From Octopus vulgaris (lineage: Eukaryota): DNA of 64,000 nucleotides. The position numbers were made by a program, and so were the translations under genes. Every line of letters starts with the position of its first letter. Within the stretch, counting starts at the first letter, position 1. Location: positions 194,432,001 through 194,496,000 of the forward strand of contig OX597815.1 of the NCBI GenBank assembly GCA_951406725.2. Direction: 5' to 3'. This document shows, one piece after another, positions 1 to 13,146 of this stretch. A model generated the notes under the pieces. It had not been told where the DNA came from and ran no database searches. It saw only the letters and a program-made list of their open reading frames with translations.

Positions 1-103
1 TCTAGAAGTTCAAGCGACAACGAAGAAGCTTCATAATTGGATCATCAATTGCCATAATGACATTTCATGCCAAGAAAAATTCAAACCCGAGCATTATTAT
101 GTA

Positions 104-291
104 TACTCTTACTCTTTTACTCTTTTACTTGTTTCAGTCATTTGACTGTGGCCATGCTGGAGCAGCGCCTTTAGTCGAGCAAATCGACCCCAGGACTTAT
201 TCTTTGTAAGCCTAGTACTTATTCTATCGGCCTCTTTTACCGAACCGCTAAGTTACGGTCAAGCGATGTTGGGGGGACAAACACAGACACA

Positions 292-338
<47 letters not shown>

Positions 339-507
339 GCTTAAATATATACGACGGGCTTCTTTCAGTTTCCGTCTGCCAAATCCACTCACAAGGCTTT
401 GGTCGGCCCGAGGCTACAGTAGAAGACACTTGCTCAAGGTGCCACTCAGCGGGACTGAACCCAGAACCATGTGGTTGGTAAGCAAGCTACTTACCACATA
501 ACCATTC
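104..507 (-). mobile_element. tRNA-derived SINE family 1 (probably octopus OK-type), with internal (TG)n/(TA)n tract
   Basis: Minus strand has an A/B-box head (TGGTAAGTAGC...GGTTCAGTCCC), an internal microsatellite and a CCAGCATGGCC...(GTAAAAGA)n tail; more than 12 near-identical copies in the window. Confidence 0.9.
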
Positions 508-570
508 CTTAAATCCTTAAATCCTTAAAAATGTTTTAGCCTGAAGGCCGCGGCCATGCTGGGGCACCAC
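506..570 (-). mobile_element. CR1/L2-like LINE 3' terminal fragment
   Basis: Matches the terminus at 18483-18550 (GGTGCCCCAGCATGGCCGCGGCC...(AAGGATTT)n). Confidence 0.8.
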
Positions 571-1063
571 AGCTGGTGGTGATACTGTTATTGTTCTTGT
601 TTAGTCCCAGCTTGGAAGAGCAAGCCTATAATTAAAAAATGTTACAACTGTAGTTACTCAGTATTTTATTATGATATAGTGTGCCTGAGACTGTCTACAA
701 CTACATTATCAGTGTGGCATTTATTTTTAAGACGATTGTGTGTAACTTGAAGAAGATTAGGCTGCTATTTTTGCAAGTCACTCAACTATTCTGTTGTAAA
801 CAACAATTATCTTATCGTCCCTAAAACAATAGTCTTTGTATTTTCTCTGAGACATTACGCTCATCCTGTTATTCATTCCCGTTTCAACTGTCAGCAAAAA
901 TTCCAACATTCTTAGAACATTCTAGAGGTGGTTACTCTGTTTAACCTAGATATCAAATACTACTATTCTGTAGCCCTGCCCCAAACTCACTCAACAAATT
1001 CGTACGTGTTAAATAGCGTGGAGTAAAAGTCTTGCTATTGTTTTAGCAATATGATCCTTTCGA

Positions 1064-1634
1064 CTAAAGGCACAAGGTCTGAAATTGTTGAGGAGGGGAT
1101 TAAGTCGATCACATCGACCCTAGTGTTTCGTTGGTATTTAATTTATCGGCCCCGAAAGGATACAAGGCAAAGTCGACCTCGCCGGAATTTGAACTCAGAA
1201 CGTAGCGGCAGACGAAATACCTATTTCTTTAGTACCCATGTGGGACTAAACACAGAGGACAAACAAGGACAGAAAGACGGATTAAGTCGATTATATCGAG
1301 CCAGTGCGTAACTGGTACTTAATTCATCGACCCCGAAAGGATGAAAGGCAAAGTTGACCTCGGCGGAACTTGAACTCAGAACGTAGCGGCAGACGAAATA
1401 CCTATTTCTTTATTACCCACAAGGGGCTAAACATAGAAGGGACAAACAAGGACAGACATAGGTATTAAGTCGATTACATCGACCCCAGTGCGTAACTGGT
1501 ACTTAATTTATCGACCCCGAAAGGATGAAAGGCAAAGTCGACCTCGGCGGAATTTGAACTCACAACGTAACGGCAGACGAAATACCACTAAGCATTTCGC
1601 CCGGCGTGCTATCGTTTCTGCCAGCTCGCCACCT
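1064..1634 (-). mobile_element. tRNA-derived SINE family 2, one head plus three tandem ~190-bp body units
   Basis: Head GGCGAGCTGGCAGAA...GAGTTCAAATTCCGCC; core GCCTTTCATCCTTTCGGGGTCGATAAATTAAGTACCAG present three times. Confidence 0.88.
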
Positions 1635-2109
1635 TCGTTTCTGCCAGCTGTGTAGTATTCTGTTGTTAGTTTAAGCTTCCCGATGCCACGTTAATGGTGA
1701 TTTGCTCATTGAAGGTTCTTCTCAAAGGTGTAGGCCCAGGGTAAGCTTGGCAGAATCGTTAGAGCGTCAAATACCATGACTTGAGGTCTTTGCTCCTGCT
1801 GTCTGTGCTATCAGTTCAAATTCTTTCGAGTTCAATTAACATTTCGTCCCTTCGGAGTCTATAAACAAAGTATTGGTCTGGTGTTCCTCCTACCACTCTT
1901 TCTCTTTCTCTCCAGTAGAAATCAATCGTGATCACACCTGGAGAGGGATGATCTCCATCAAGTTTAGATGACCATGACATGCTGTATGACCCAACGGCGC
2001 CACTATGACTGAATCAGTAGTTGAGGGATTAAAGAATGAAGTGAGCAGAGTTTTTAAATAACGATTCCGTTGCAGCAAGGCTACATACATCCATAGTGCT
2101 GAGTTGGTA

Positions 2110-2675
2110 TTGGGTTGTTCGGAAAGTTCGTGCCGATTTTTAAAGGAAAGGAAAAGGTCAATAAATACTTGCCATTATATTCTTAATCAACCAAATATGA
2201 ACCAGTTTGTTGCACAATGCGTCTCCATCTTTCCTTTAACTTGAAAATACCCTCTTCCCAGAATTGAGGTGGTTTCATGGCAAAGAATTCATCAACGTAT
2301 CTTTTTACGTCATCCAAAGAATTGAAATTTTTACCATTAAGACTATTCTGCAGAGACCTGAATAAGTGGAAATCCAAGGGAGCAATATCCAGTAAATATG
2401 GAGGGTGGGGTAACACATCCCAGCCGGGCTGCAGCAATTTTTGTCTAGTTCCCAAAACATCAAGTGCCGAAAATGAACTTCCTTATCTTCCATTTTAAAG
2501 GGTTACAGAATTAACACAGGTTATAGGAACATAAATCTTCTTCCACGAAAAGATAGCTTAAACTGTGCTCTAAATGGAGGTGTAGTCAAATCCTATTTTA
2601 TGGAGTCAACCATGTTCTAAAATAAGTCGAAAGGTAAGCTACTATAAATCGGCACGAACTTTCTGGACAACCCAA
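2110..2675 (-). mobile_element. Internally deleted mariner transposon
   Basis: TIRs TTGGGTTGT(T/C)C(G/A)GAAAGTTCGTGCCGATTT at both ends, TA on each flank; N-terminal MEDKEVHFRHLM joined out of frame to C-terminal WDVLPHPPYxxDIAPxDFHLFRSL. Confidence 0.93.
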
Positions 2676-2699
2676 TAGAAAGAGGCAGTGCTCACGGCT

Positions 2700-3000
2700 T
2701 TCGCAGGCTTCCTTAGATTAGTTAGATTGATGCTCTTTATGTTCCTGGTGAAACTTGTTAATAAACACTTTCAGGGAAGATAAAGAAAAGGAGCAAATTC
2801 CAGAAGGCCAATGTTCAAGGAAGAAAGTTTAGCGATTAATGCGTTGTATTTTCGTGATGAGAGAAGAAAACACGACTATGTCGTCAATGTCTGAGAGGAG
2901 GTTGCATGAGCCCAGCCAGCTCCGAGGGTCTGAAATATTATAGTAGCGATACAAAAAGGCAGAAAGTGAAATGAGATGCAGCGTGTGTGTGTGTGTCTGT
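2700..3000 (-). mobile_element. Decayed LINE ORF2 C-terminal fragment
   Basis: Minus-strand SLSAFLYRYYN resembles the C-terminal motif of CR1/L2/Jockey-group ORF2. Confidence 0.4.
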
Positions 3001-3489
3001 GTGACTTTATGATAGTTAAAGGGACGACTCACGATGCAGCGGCAATATCACCTCAGCTGTGAGAACACTATTGTGGGCTCTAACTGAAGTTTGTAGAGTA
3101 TGATTAGTTGTTGGGGACTGAAGTACTTTCTATCCATGAAAACGGGCCAGTTGTTGGGTTCAGCTACATTAACGATGTACTTTCACCTGGAGAGGTTCTT
3201 CATACTCATCTCCGTTTTTAAAGCATTTTGTGCCGTGTAGTACATCATTCTGTCCTAGATCACCGTTTCTGATTCTTCGGACTGTTTCGGTAATATGCTA
3301 GATAAAGCAAGGGATACTGTCTGATGTTTTCTTTATTACTCTCTCATAAGTGTAAACGATTCGTGACACTAAGGGATAAAGAGAGGTATCGATTCTACTA
3401 CTTGACTAGTAGCTTACTTATTGGGATCACCACTACTTTTTTATCTCCTCTCCTTTCTGGCTCTCTTGTGTGACCCTTCTGTCCGGCAT

Positions 3490-3679
3490 TCGCCATGATA
3501 GATCGCTAGCCACTACACATTCTTTATTTTCTCTCCTTGTTTCTTTCTGTGTTCCTTTCTGTGGAAGAGCGTAGGCTCGAACGTTAAAGACTTTTTCACT
3601 TCATGAGCATTAAACTAATACATCTGTTTGTTGTCTACACCACCTGTCTTCGTCTTTTGTTTTTTTTGTGAATTCTCTT

Positions 3680-3680
<1 letters not shown>
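3490..3680 (+). mobile_element. Short Penelope-like/retrozyme-type element family B (copy 1) with variant hammerhead at 3555-3590
   Basis: CTGTGGA-A-GAGC-GTAG-GCTC-GAAC-GTTA (one A missing); abuts (TA)n; homologous to 16776-16955 and 23477-23650. Confidence 0.65.
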
Positions 3681-3733
<53 letters not shown>

Positions 3734-3739
3734 CATATA

Positions 3740-3902
3740 TACGACTGACTTCTTTCAGTTTCCGTCTACCAAATCCACTCACAAGGCTTTGGTCGGCCTG
3801 AGGCTATAGTAGAAGACTTGCCCAAGGTGCCATGCAGTGGGACTGAACCTGGAACCATGTGGTTGGTAAGCAAGCTACTTACCACACAGCCACTCCTACG
3901 CC
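3740..3902 (-). mobile_element. SINE family 1, 5' half
   Basis: Matches the family-1 head. Confidence 0.85.
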
Positions 3903-4819
3903 TGTAAGTTAACGTGTAACTGGCTGAGCACTCCACAGACACGTGTACCCTTAACATAGTTCTCAGGGAGATTCAGCATGGCACTGAATGGGACAAGGCT
4001 GGCCCTTTGAAATACAGGTACTACTCATTTTTACCATACAACGGGCTTCCAGGCAGTTTCCGTATTACAAATTCAATCAAAAAGCATTGGTCCGCCGGGG
4101 ATATAGTAGAAGGCCCTTGCCCAAGGCCCTATGGAACGGCACTGAATCCGAAACCATGTAACTTCAAGGCAATCTTATCCACTCAGCCATTCTTTCACCT
4201 ATATACACAACTATACACAGACCTAAGCACACGGCCAAGCCTGCATTCATACAATACATATATTTATATATGCAATACATAAATTTTCTATATATGTTAT
4301 ATATACATTTTTCATATATGGTATATATAGCACATATCTCAACATGTCTAGCTCTTCTTTGTTGCTTTAAGTCAAGATTGGTTTAGACATTTCTCTGTAA
4401 TGTAATATTTGAGTTTAATCTAGAGCTTTGTATGAAAGTTCTGATTAATCCAGAGCTCTGTATGCAAAGCTAAATAAAATAAAACAATCAACAAACAAAA
4501 CAAAATAAATTGCCGCACAGAATAACATTCTACAACGAAGGAAAAATAGATTCCATTCGTGTTTTTATTTATATATATATTTTGGTTACTGTCTGTTGTT
4601 GATGTTTTTGTTGTATAACATTTACTTGCTTTGAAATATTCATTCATATTGACTAGTTTTTAGCTTTACAGATTCATGTCTTCAATAGTTTTGAACCCTT
4701 TGGGTAACAAAATAATTAGAATAACGGTTTATAGTTTAGGTCAAAAGACAAAGAGTTCTGAGGGAAAGAGCTAGTTAGTCTCTAGCGACCCCAGAAAGGA
4801 TGAACGGCAAAGTAACCTT

Positions 4820-5230
4820 CACTCTTTTACTCTTTTACTTGTTTCAGTCATTTGACTGCGGCCATGCTGGAGCACCGCCTTTAATCGAGCAACTCGACCC
4901 CGGGACTTATTCTTTTTTTGTAAGCCCTGTACTTATTCTATCGGTGTCTTTTGCCGAACCGCTAAGTAACGGGGACATAAACACACCAGTATCGGTTGAC
5001 AAGCAATGCTAGGGGGACAAACACAGACACACAAACACACACACATACATATATATACACATATACGACGGGCTTCTTTTCAGTTTCCGTCTATCAAATC
5101 CACTCACAAGGCTTTGGTCGGCCCGAGGCTATAGTAGAAGACACTTGCCCAAGGTGCCACGCAGTGGTACCGAACCCGGAACCATGTGGCTGGTAAGCAA
5201 GCTACTTACCACACAGCCACTCCTGCGCCT
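4820..5230 (-). mobile_element. SINE family 1, full length
   Basis: Matches family consensus end to end. Confidence 0.9.
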
Positions 5231-5950
5231 GGGTATGATTCGAAATACGAATGTGAAGAGTCAGGTAATTTTTCCCCGATACTGTAAAATCATTAGCTTA
5301 ATGATGATGATAATAATGATCTCAAATTTTGGCACAAGGCCGGTAATTTCTGGGGAAGTGATAAGTTGATTATATTGACCCTAGTCTTCGACTGGTATTT
5401 AACCTTAACCCTAATGCGGGCCCAGTGGCAGATAAACCGCATTTTAAAGCATTTTCTTAGCGTTAAGGTTCGTAACGTGAGGAGAGTATCCAGTCGCTTT
5501 CCTCCAAATTTGTAACAAACATTAATCAGGCTCCTCGAATTGCTGTTGGTTAAAAAAAAAATTCCGATGCCGACTATGGGCCCCCACCAAAAATGCAGAT
5601 TAATCAGATTTGGGTACAGTGCACTGGCTTTGGCAGAGGAAAATGAGAAGAACATTAACATTTTTGTCCCCCTAGCATTGCTTGACAACCGATGCTTGTG
5701 TGTTTATGTCCCCGTTACTTAGCGGTTCGTCAAAAGAGACCGATAGAATAAGTACTAGGCTTACAAAATAATAAGTCACGGGGTCGAGTTTTTCGATTAA
5801 TGGCGGTGCTCCAGCATGGCCGCATCAAATGACTGAAACAAGTAAAAGAGTAAAGAGTATACATGTAAATATACATACACACACACACACACACACTCAT
5901 ACACACAAACATATATATATATATATGTCTATATGCGCTCTATTTGTGGG

Positions 5951-5998
<48 letters not shown>

Positions 5999-6044
5999 GA
6001 AAGAATTGAGTTTAACCACGAATTAACAAAATTCCTTTATTTTA

Positions 6045-6127
6045 TTTTCGACATATGTTTCGAAGGCTGCATATTCCTAATTTAGAAGGAATAAGGGGTG
6101 CATTATGCCGCCTTCTCATCAGGAAAA
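6045..6127 (-). ncRNA. Minimal type I hammerhead ribozyme motif
   Basis: uuuuc-CUGAUGA-gaaggc[long stem II]gccuuc-GAAAC-AUAU-GUC-gaaaa. Confidence 0.82.
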
Positions 6128-6261
6128 GTAAGGAACTTATGTCAGCATCAAGATACACAAAAACTTTTAGATGACTGCCCGCACGGAGCCCATAGCGATA
6201 ATGAGTGTTTCTTTAAAATATTCCGTTTTTGTGCATCTTGATGCGGACATAAGTTCCTTAC

Positions 6262-6343
6262 TTTTCTGATGAGAAGGCGGCATAATGCACCCCTTATTCC
6301 TTCGAAATTAGGAATATGCAGCCTTCGAAACATATGTCGAAAA
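6262..6343 (+). ncRNA. Minimal type I hammerhead ribozyme motif (predicted cleavage after 6338)
   Basis: uuuu-CUGAUGA-gaaggc...gccuuc-GAAAC-AUAU-GUC-gaaa. Confidence 0.8.
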
Positions 6344-7033
6344 TAAAATAAAGGAATTTTGTTAATTCGTCGTTTAACTCCATTATTTCATTTATTTGTA
6401 TTTAAAAAACACACAAATTTCCACACGATAGCACGTGATCTTTGCCCTTGGCATGTAGCTTCAACCGTGTTTTTCTGAGGTGAATTTGCTACCCAGGTAT
6501 CGGTTCACCGAATTATCCATAATAAGATAATTCATTCAACTACTCAATTATATATATATATATACTAGCTGAAAGTGACCCGCTCTACGCGCGGGTAAGA
6601 GTGTGGTTGTTACTTTCTGTTGCTTCCATTCAGCACGTAAAAAGCACCATCCGAACGTGGCCGATTGCAGCGCCGCCTTGACTTGCTTCTGTGCCGTCGT
6701 ATATATATATATATATATATATGCGTGTGTTTGTGTGTCTGTGTTTGTCCCCCTAGCATTGCTTGACAACCGATGCTTGTGTGTTTATGTCCCCGTTACT
6801 TAGCGGTTCGTCAAAAGAGACCGATAGAATAAGTACTAGGCTTACAAAAGAATAAGTCCCGGGGTCGAGTTGTTCGATTAAAGGCGGTGCTCCAGCATGG
6901 CCGCATCAAATGACTGAAACAAGTAAAAGAGTAAAGAGTATACATGTAAATATACATACACACACACACACACACACACTCATACACACAAACATATATA
7001 TATATATATGTCTATATGCGCTCTATTTGTGGG

Positions 7034-7081
<48 letters not shown>

Positions 7082-7127
7082 GAAAGAATTGAGTTTAACC
7101 ACGAATTAACAAAATTCCTTTATTTTA

Positions 7128-7210
7128 TTTTCGACATATGTTTCGAAGGCTGCATATTCCTAATTTAGAAGGAATAAGGGGTGCATTATGCCGCCTTCTC
7201 ATCAGGAAAA
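7128..7210 (-). ncRNA. Minimal type I hammerhead ribozyme motif
   Basis: Same as 6045-6127. Confidence 0.82.
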
Positions 7211-7344
7211 GTAAGGAACTTATGTCAGCATCAAGATACACAAAAACTTTTAGATGACTGCCCGCACGGAGCCCATAGCGATAATGAGTGTTTCTTTAAA
7301 ATATTCCGTTTTTGTGCATCTTGATGCGGACATAAGTTCCTTAC

Positions 7345-7427
7345 TTTTCCTGATGAGAAGGCGGCATAATGCACCCCTTATTCCTTCGAAATTAGGAATA
7401 TGCAGCCTTCGAAACATATGTCGAAAA
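7345..7427 (+). ncRNA. Minimal type I hammerhead ribozyme motif (predicted cleavage after 7422)
   Basis: uuuuc-CUGAUGA-gaaggc...gccuuc-GAAAC-AUAU-GUC-gaaaa; 5-bp stem I, palindromic stem III. Confidence 0.85.
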
Positions 7428-7714
7428 TAAAATAAAGGAATTTTGTTAATTCGTCGTTTAACTCCATTATTTCATTTATTTGTATTTAAAAAACACACAA
7501 ATTTCCACACGATAGCACGTGATCTTTGCCCTTGGCATGTAGCTTCAACCGTGTTTTTCTGAGGTGAATTTGCTACCCAGGTATCGGTTCACCGAATTAT
7601 CCATAATAAGATAATTCATTCAACTACTCAATTATATATATATATATACTAGCTGAAAGTGACCCGCTCTACGCGCGGGTAAGAGTGTGGTTGTTACTTT
7701 CTGTTGCTTCCATT

Positions 7715-8023
7715 CAGCACGTAAAAAGCACCATCCGAACGTGGCCGATTGCAGCGCCGCCTTGACTTGCTTCTGTGCCGGTGGCACGTAAAAAGTACCA
7801 ACCGATCGTTGCCGCTGCGAGCCCCCTGGCACCTGTGCCGGCGGCACGAAAAAAGCACCCACTACACTCACAGAGTGGTTGGCATTAGGAAGGTCATCCA
7901 CCTGTAGAAACACTGCCAGATCAGACTGGAGCCTGGTGCAGCCTCCTGGCTTCCCAGACCCCGGTCACACTGTCCCACCCGTGCTAGCACGGAAAACGGA
8001 CGTTAAACGACGATGATGATGAT
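7715..8023 (+). mobile_element. 5'-truncated RTE-type SINE with three internal GCACG(T/A)AAAAAG(C/T)ACC repeats
   Basis: GGTTGGCATTAGGAAGGTCATCCA domain and GGACGTTAAACGAC(GAT)n tail. Confidence 0.6.
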
Positions 8024-8601
8024 TCTCTGTCTTTGTTTCTCTCTCTCACTTTCCCACTCTCTTACTTTTCTTTTCTCTCGGACTCTCCCTCGCTTTCTCT
8101 TACTCTCTATCTTTATCTATCTCTCTCCCATTTATAAGCAACAGAAGATCTTGAGTAAGTTGAGAAATAAAATATTTAGAAAGATCAATCATAAATATCA
8201 GGCAGTGGTAACGGAAAGGTCTGCTTCAAGGCAGACAGCAAAATGCTAACATTTAAAAGGGACAGACGAACTTGCGAGCTGAATAAAAATAATAAAATAT
8301 TGGAAACCAAAGTTTGAAGGGATAGAATCTGAGGATAGTAGAGTCACCATGGCTGGCATTTCTTAACGACGGACAACAACGTATTGACAGTTTAGGCAAA
8401 TCAAACAGTGAAAAACCAAAAAACAAAAACATAAAAAAATATAATATAGAAAATATATAAAATATAAAATTGAAAAATTTAAATTATTTAAATTGAAAGT
8501 AAAAATTATTAGATTATATTTATAATTTGTTTAAAAATATATATAACTATGAAAAAGTATGAAAAAGTTTAATATACATAAATACAGATATATACACTTC
8601 G

Positions 8602-8800
8602 TATATATACATTATATATACATATTTATATATAGAACACACACACACACACATACATTATATATACATATTTATATATAGAACACGCACACACACATAC
8701 ATTATATATACATATTTATATATAGAACACACACACACACACATACATTATATATACATATTTATATATAGAACACACACACACACACACACACACATAT
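8602..8800. repeat. Minisatellite, unit ~ATACATTATATATACATATTTATATATAGAA(CA)n, 4 copies
   Basis: Directly visible repeat. Confidence 0.85.
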
Positions 8801-9191
8801 AAATGAACGCAAGAATATCTGATTCATAATATTTGTTCTCATGCTCATGTGTTGTTGGTGACAGACAGATACTTAAAAGAACGTCGTCGAAGTGATGGAA
8901 GGTAGGAAACAGAGTCAGTGAAAAAGAGAGGAAATAGCGAGAGTGACAGATACTTTAAATAACGGTAGTGGAATTATCAAAGTTATAAATGAAGGGGAGT
9001 AAGAGAGGGAAATGAGGAAATAGCGTGAGTGAGGAAGATGGCCCCCTAGCAACCACACCTTTTAAGATAGGGATTTCTAAGGTAGCCCACGAGCATCGTC
9101 ACCTCATTCTACATGTCCCTGTAAATTTTGGAGCGAATCGGACGGGACGTAGTGGTATTGAAAGTGATCCAAGCGGTAAAAACGCATTTCA

Positions 9192-9230
<39 letters not shown>

Positions 9231-9539
9231 TTTAACCTTATAAAAGAAGCAGTTTTTGACGAGAGCTCTCTTACGAACCACTACACAGGAGGTTTACTTC
9301 ATTTGCGCTTTAGTTCTTTCAAATTGATAACTACAACAGCGAAACCAAAAATATGAGAAATATTGCGGATTACCGTCTGAAACCTCTTAAGAGCTTCCCC
9401 CTCCCCACTTATCGGTTTTCTTTATCTAAAAGTTTATAGGAATAATCTAGCAAATTAGGCTTTTAGATGAGTAATAGTTTTATCACAAAAAAAGTAATAC
9501 AAGAAGCGAACGAGTTAAGGATACAGGTATGTGTCTGCG

Positions 9540-9588
<49 letters not shown>

Positions 9589-9638
9589 ATATGTGTTTGC
9601 TCTTGTATGTTTGTATATATGCATATAAATTTATCTAT

Positions 9639-9675
<37 letters not shown>

Positions 9676-9839
9676 CACGCATAAACATATTGTGTGTGTA
9701 TATGTTTATGTATATATATATATATATATCTATATTATACCTTCATTTTTTTTCAGCAAATGATGCGCGGGCGTCTATGCGCGCGCATGCAAACACACGC
9801 ATATGTGTGTGTGTGTGTGTATAATATGTACATATACAT

Positions 9840-9939
9840 ACATATATATATCTGCATATAGTATATATACATACAATTGCAAATATATATATGTATGTAT
9901 ATATATATGTATATATATATGTGAACATATATATATATG

Positions 9940-9973
<34 letters not shown>

Positions 9974-10017
9974 TGCACATATATATATATATATACGTAT
10001 ATATATATATGTGTATG

Positions 10018-10048
<31 letters not shown>

Positions 10049-10105
10049 GCATGTATATATATGTATATATATATATATGTGCATGTATATATATATATGT
10101 ATATA
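9840..10105. repeat. Degenerate (TA)n/(TATG)n microsatellite
   Basis: Directly visible; source of the YI-repeat ORFs. Confidence 0.95.
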
Positions 10106-10365
10106 AAACATTACTAACTCATTTATATGCATAAACACACGCAAACATGAAATATATTTACACATTTACGCACACACATACACACACACACACACAAACA
10201 TAAACACATAGAAATACGAATATGCATACACGCAAATAAACACACGCACAGAGGCACCAAAATGTATGTAGCCTATTATTCTGGATCAACTTAGTTAATC
10301 TCTCCGCTTGTATTTAGTACCTCCTCTTGTTATTTCCACGTGTGTGTGTATATATGTATATGAAG

Positions 10366-10425
<60 letters not shown>

Positions 10426-11509
10426 ATGTGTCTGGATAGAGAATGAGAAAGAGAGTCAGTAAGAGAGAGACAGAGAAGGAAGAGGGAGAGAGAGAAGGGG
10501 GAAGGGGGGAGAGATAGAGGGTGTGAGGAAGAAATATTTGCATAACTCTATACTTCAGCAAGTACATACATGGATTACTTGAAATTTTATTTACCGTAAG
10601 TTCTAATCTTATTAACCACCCTCAGTTTTCTCCAGAAATTTATTGTCAGAATCTTTTTAGTTGGGAATCACTTACGATGTCTTCATGTCTTCATGATGGA
10701 TTAGTAAAAACCAAAGCATGTTTTTATCTTTTGTTTCCCTCCATCTATCTTTTCTGTTATCCGACTGATATAAATCCGAAATCCCATCACTGTTGGAAAA
10801 TGAATTGTCTTTTCCGTTTTGTTCTTAATTGTTCTTAATACAAATTTAAAGCAAAACTATAAGCAAAGAAATATTTTTACATCAAGATTAGCTGTTATAA
10901 ATCGTTTGGAAACGATTATTCTTTAGAATCATTATTCTTCATATATGGTATCAAAATAACGTGATAAATTGATGTACTTAGCTGTCAGCCATATTGTTTC
11001 TCTCACTGCAGTTTATTATACTTTTATACATTCAGCATACCATGCATTTGGGAAGATAAATGCATTTTAACTCTCGCTGTTTTTAGCTTGGTTTCCAGGC
11101 AAAACTATTACGATTATAAATCTTCCTTAACATATTTCAGTAATTTGGTTTCTATGTTTACTTAGTTTTCATATTTTTGCTTTCTTTCAAAACAATGTTA
11201 ATTAAGACGTCAAAGGTATCAGCTGAACTTATTTGAAAAATGTAGCTGGAATTAAGTTCCATCAAGATTTTAGTCTATGAGTATTTATTCTATGAGAACT
11301 GCACAGTGGAGATAGAAAGAAAAAAGCATCTAAATATATGTTATCATATCAGGAGACCGGCTCATCCTTTACGTAATATTTTCTGAAAATACTGTAACGT
11401 AATTTAAAATTAGTATATCAAGTGCCGACTGATTGTGTGATACACCAGTTCGTGTTACTGATGTCGACTATGCCATGGGGAAGCTTAAATCAGTTGTAAT
11501 GTCCGACGA

Positions 11510-11730
11510 ATATTGAGGTGGTTTGGCCACATGGAAAGGATGGATGAAAAGCGGATGGTAAGGAGGGTGATGAAGGCAGAAATGTTAGCCAGCAGAACCA
11601 AAGATAGAACTTGGTTTGTGTGGATGGATAGAGTAAGGAAAGCTTTAGTGGTTAAGGGTGCTGGAGTGAGAGAGACAGGAGAGTTTATAAATGATAGGAA
11701 AACTTGGAGAGTGTTTGTGAACGGATGAGT
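11510..11730 (+). mobile_element. RTE-clade LINE ORF2 C-terminal fragment
   Basis: LRWFGHMERMDEKRMVRRVM...WMDRV...DRKTWR motif. Confidence 0.8.
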
Positions 11731-12429
11731 GAATTTTGAAGTTGCTCAAAGGGGTACGGAACCAGAATTACTGCTTTATTTTCAAAGGAATTCAACAAAA
11801 TATCGAGATATTGTCCAGACCTACGTCTTCTACTACTGTGCTTCCATTCTCAAATTTTCTAAGATGTGATTTTTGTAAAATTTTCCAACTACTTATTTAA
11901 TGGATGAACGAATGCACAGAAAAGTTTCTCTCTAGTTTGCAATATTTCAAATAACGAGACATTGTAAACTTTCAAATAGACAGTATATAATTTTGTGCCG
12001 TCAACTTCTCTGTGTGTATCGGAAGACATAACAATATCTATTTCAAAATAAAATAAGATAAATGATACAAATTGAACATTAAATCATTTGTATTACTTTT
12101 ACACCTGGCGTTTTGCCGTATTGCGAAACTCAATTCTTCAGATTTCAATGTGAATAGACGAAGAAAGTTGAACACTTTTCAAGAGATTTCTATTTTATTT
12201 ATCTATCTATCTATCCATCCATCTATCTATCTATATAGGAAAAAAGAAAAAAACCAAAGGAAAATAGAGCCACTTACCTTAATGTGTTTTCTTCTTGCAT
12301 GACACTATTGCCCAAGATCCCCGTGGTCTTTTCCGTAGGCTTTTCTATCCACGAATAAACCTAATCTGTTTTCCCTTTTTACATTGACATTTCTGTGATA
12401 CACGATCACTATTGATCGGCCCCACTTTA

Positions 12430-12685
<256 letters not shown>

Positions 12686-12862
12686 ATATATTTATCTATG
12701 ATACACACGCATATTTACGTAGACTATGTGTGTGTAATGTATGTTTTTATAGATATTTGTACGAATATCTATACATAGATTTGCATGTAAACATTCATGA
12801 CTATCTCTCTCCTTCTCTCCCTATGTATATATTTATGCATGCTTGCACTTGTATAAATGCCT

Positions 12863-12924
<62 letters not shown>

Positions 12925-13146
12925 CTGAGTGTGTGATAGCATGTATATCTATTTCTGTACATATATCTGTACATATAAATATAGCATGCATAAGCATATA
13001 TATGAATATTTATATATACATGTAAATATGTATATATTCATATGCATATAATGCATATACACTCATATATACGTGTATACATGCACAATACGCACACACA
13101 CACACACACACACACATACACACACGCACGCATACACATATACATA

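Larger units (their letters stand above)
5995..6548 (+). mobile_element. Foldback Penelope-like element family A (copy 1) inside (TA)n, two inverted hammerheads
   Basis: Arms 5995-6164 and 6225-6393 are reverse complements; each carries a complete hammerhead core; (TA)n on both flanks. Confidence 0.82.
7078..7632 (+). mobile_element. Foldback Penelope-like element family A (copy 2)
   Basis: Duplicate of 5995-6548. Confidence 0.82.
5663..7780. repeat. Recent ~1.08-kb tandem duplication (5663-6696 / 6744-7780)
   Basis: Near-identical SINE 3' half + hammerhead hairpin element + Helitron end + RTE-type SINE start, offset ~1081-1084. Confidence 0.92.
7649..9228 (-). mobile_element. Non-autonomous Helitron-like element carrying nested inserts
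   Basis: Minus-strand 3' end has hairpin ACCCGC-n7-GCGGGT followed by CTAG|T (7649-7680; copy at 6565-6596); far end CTATATA...AAAACTGAAATG is Helitron-5'-like but lacks a clean TC. Confidence 0.55.

Noticed and set aside
1064-1634. Regularly repeated motifs resembling a CRISPR array
   Set aside because: The whole unit repeats with no unique spacers; it is a SINE multimer in a eukaryote
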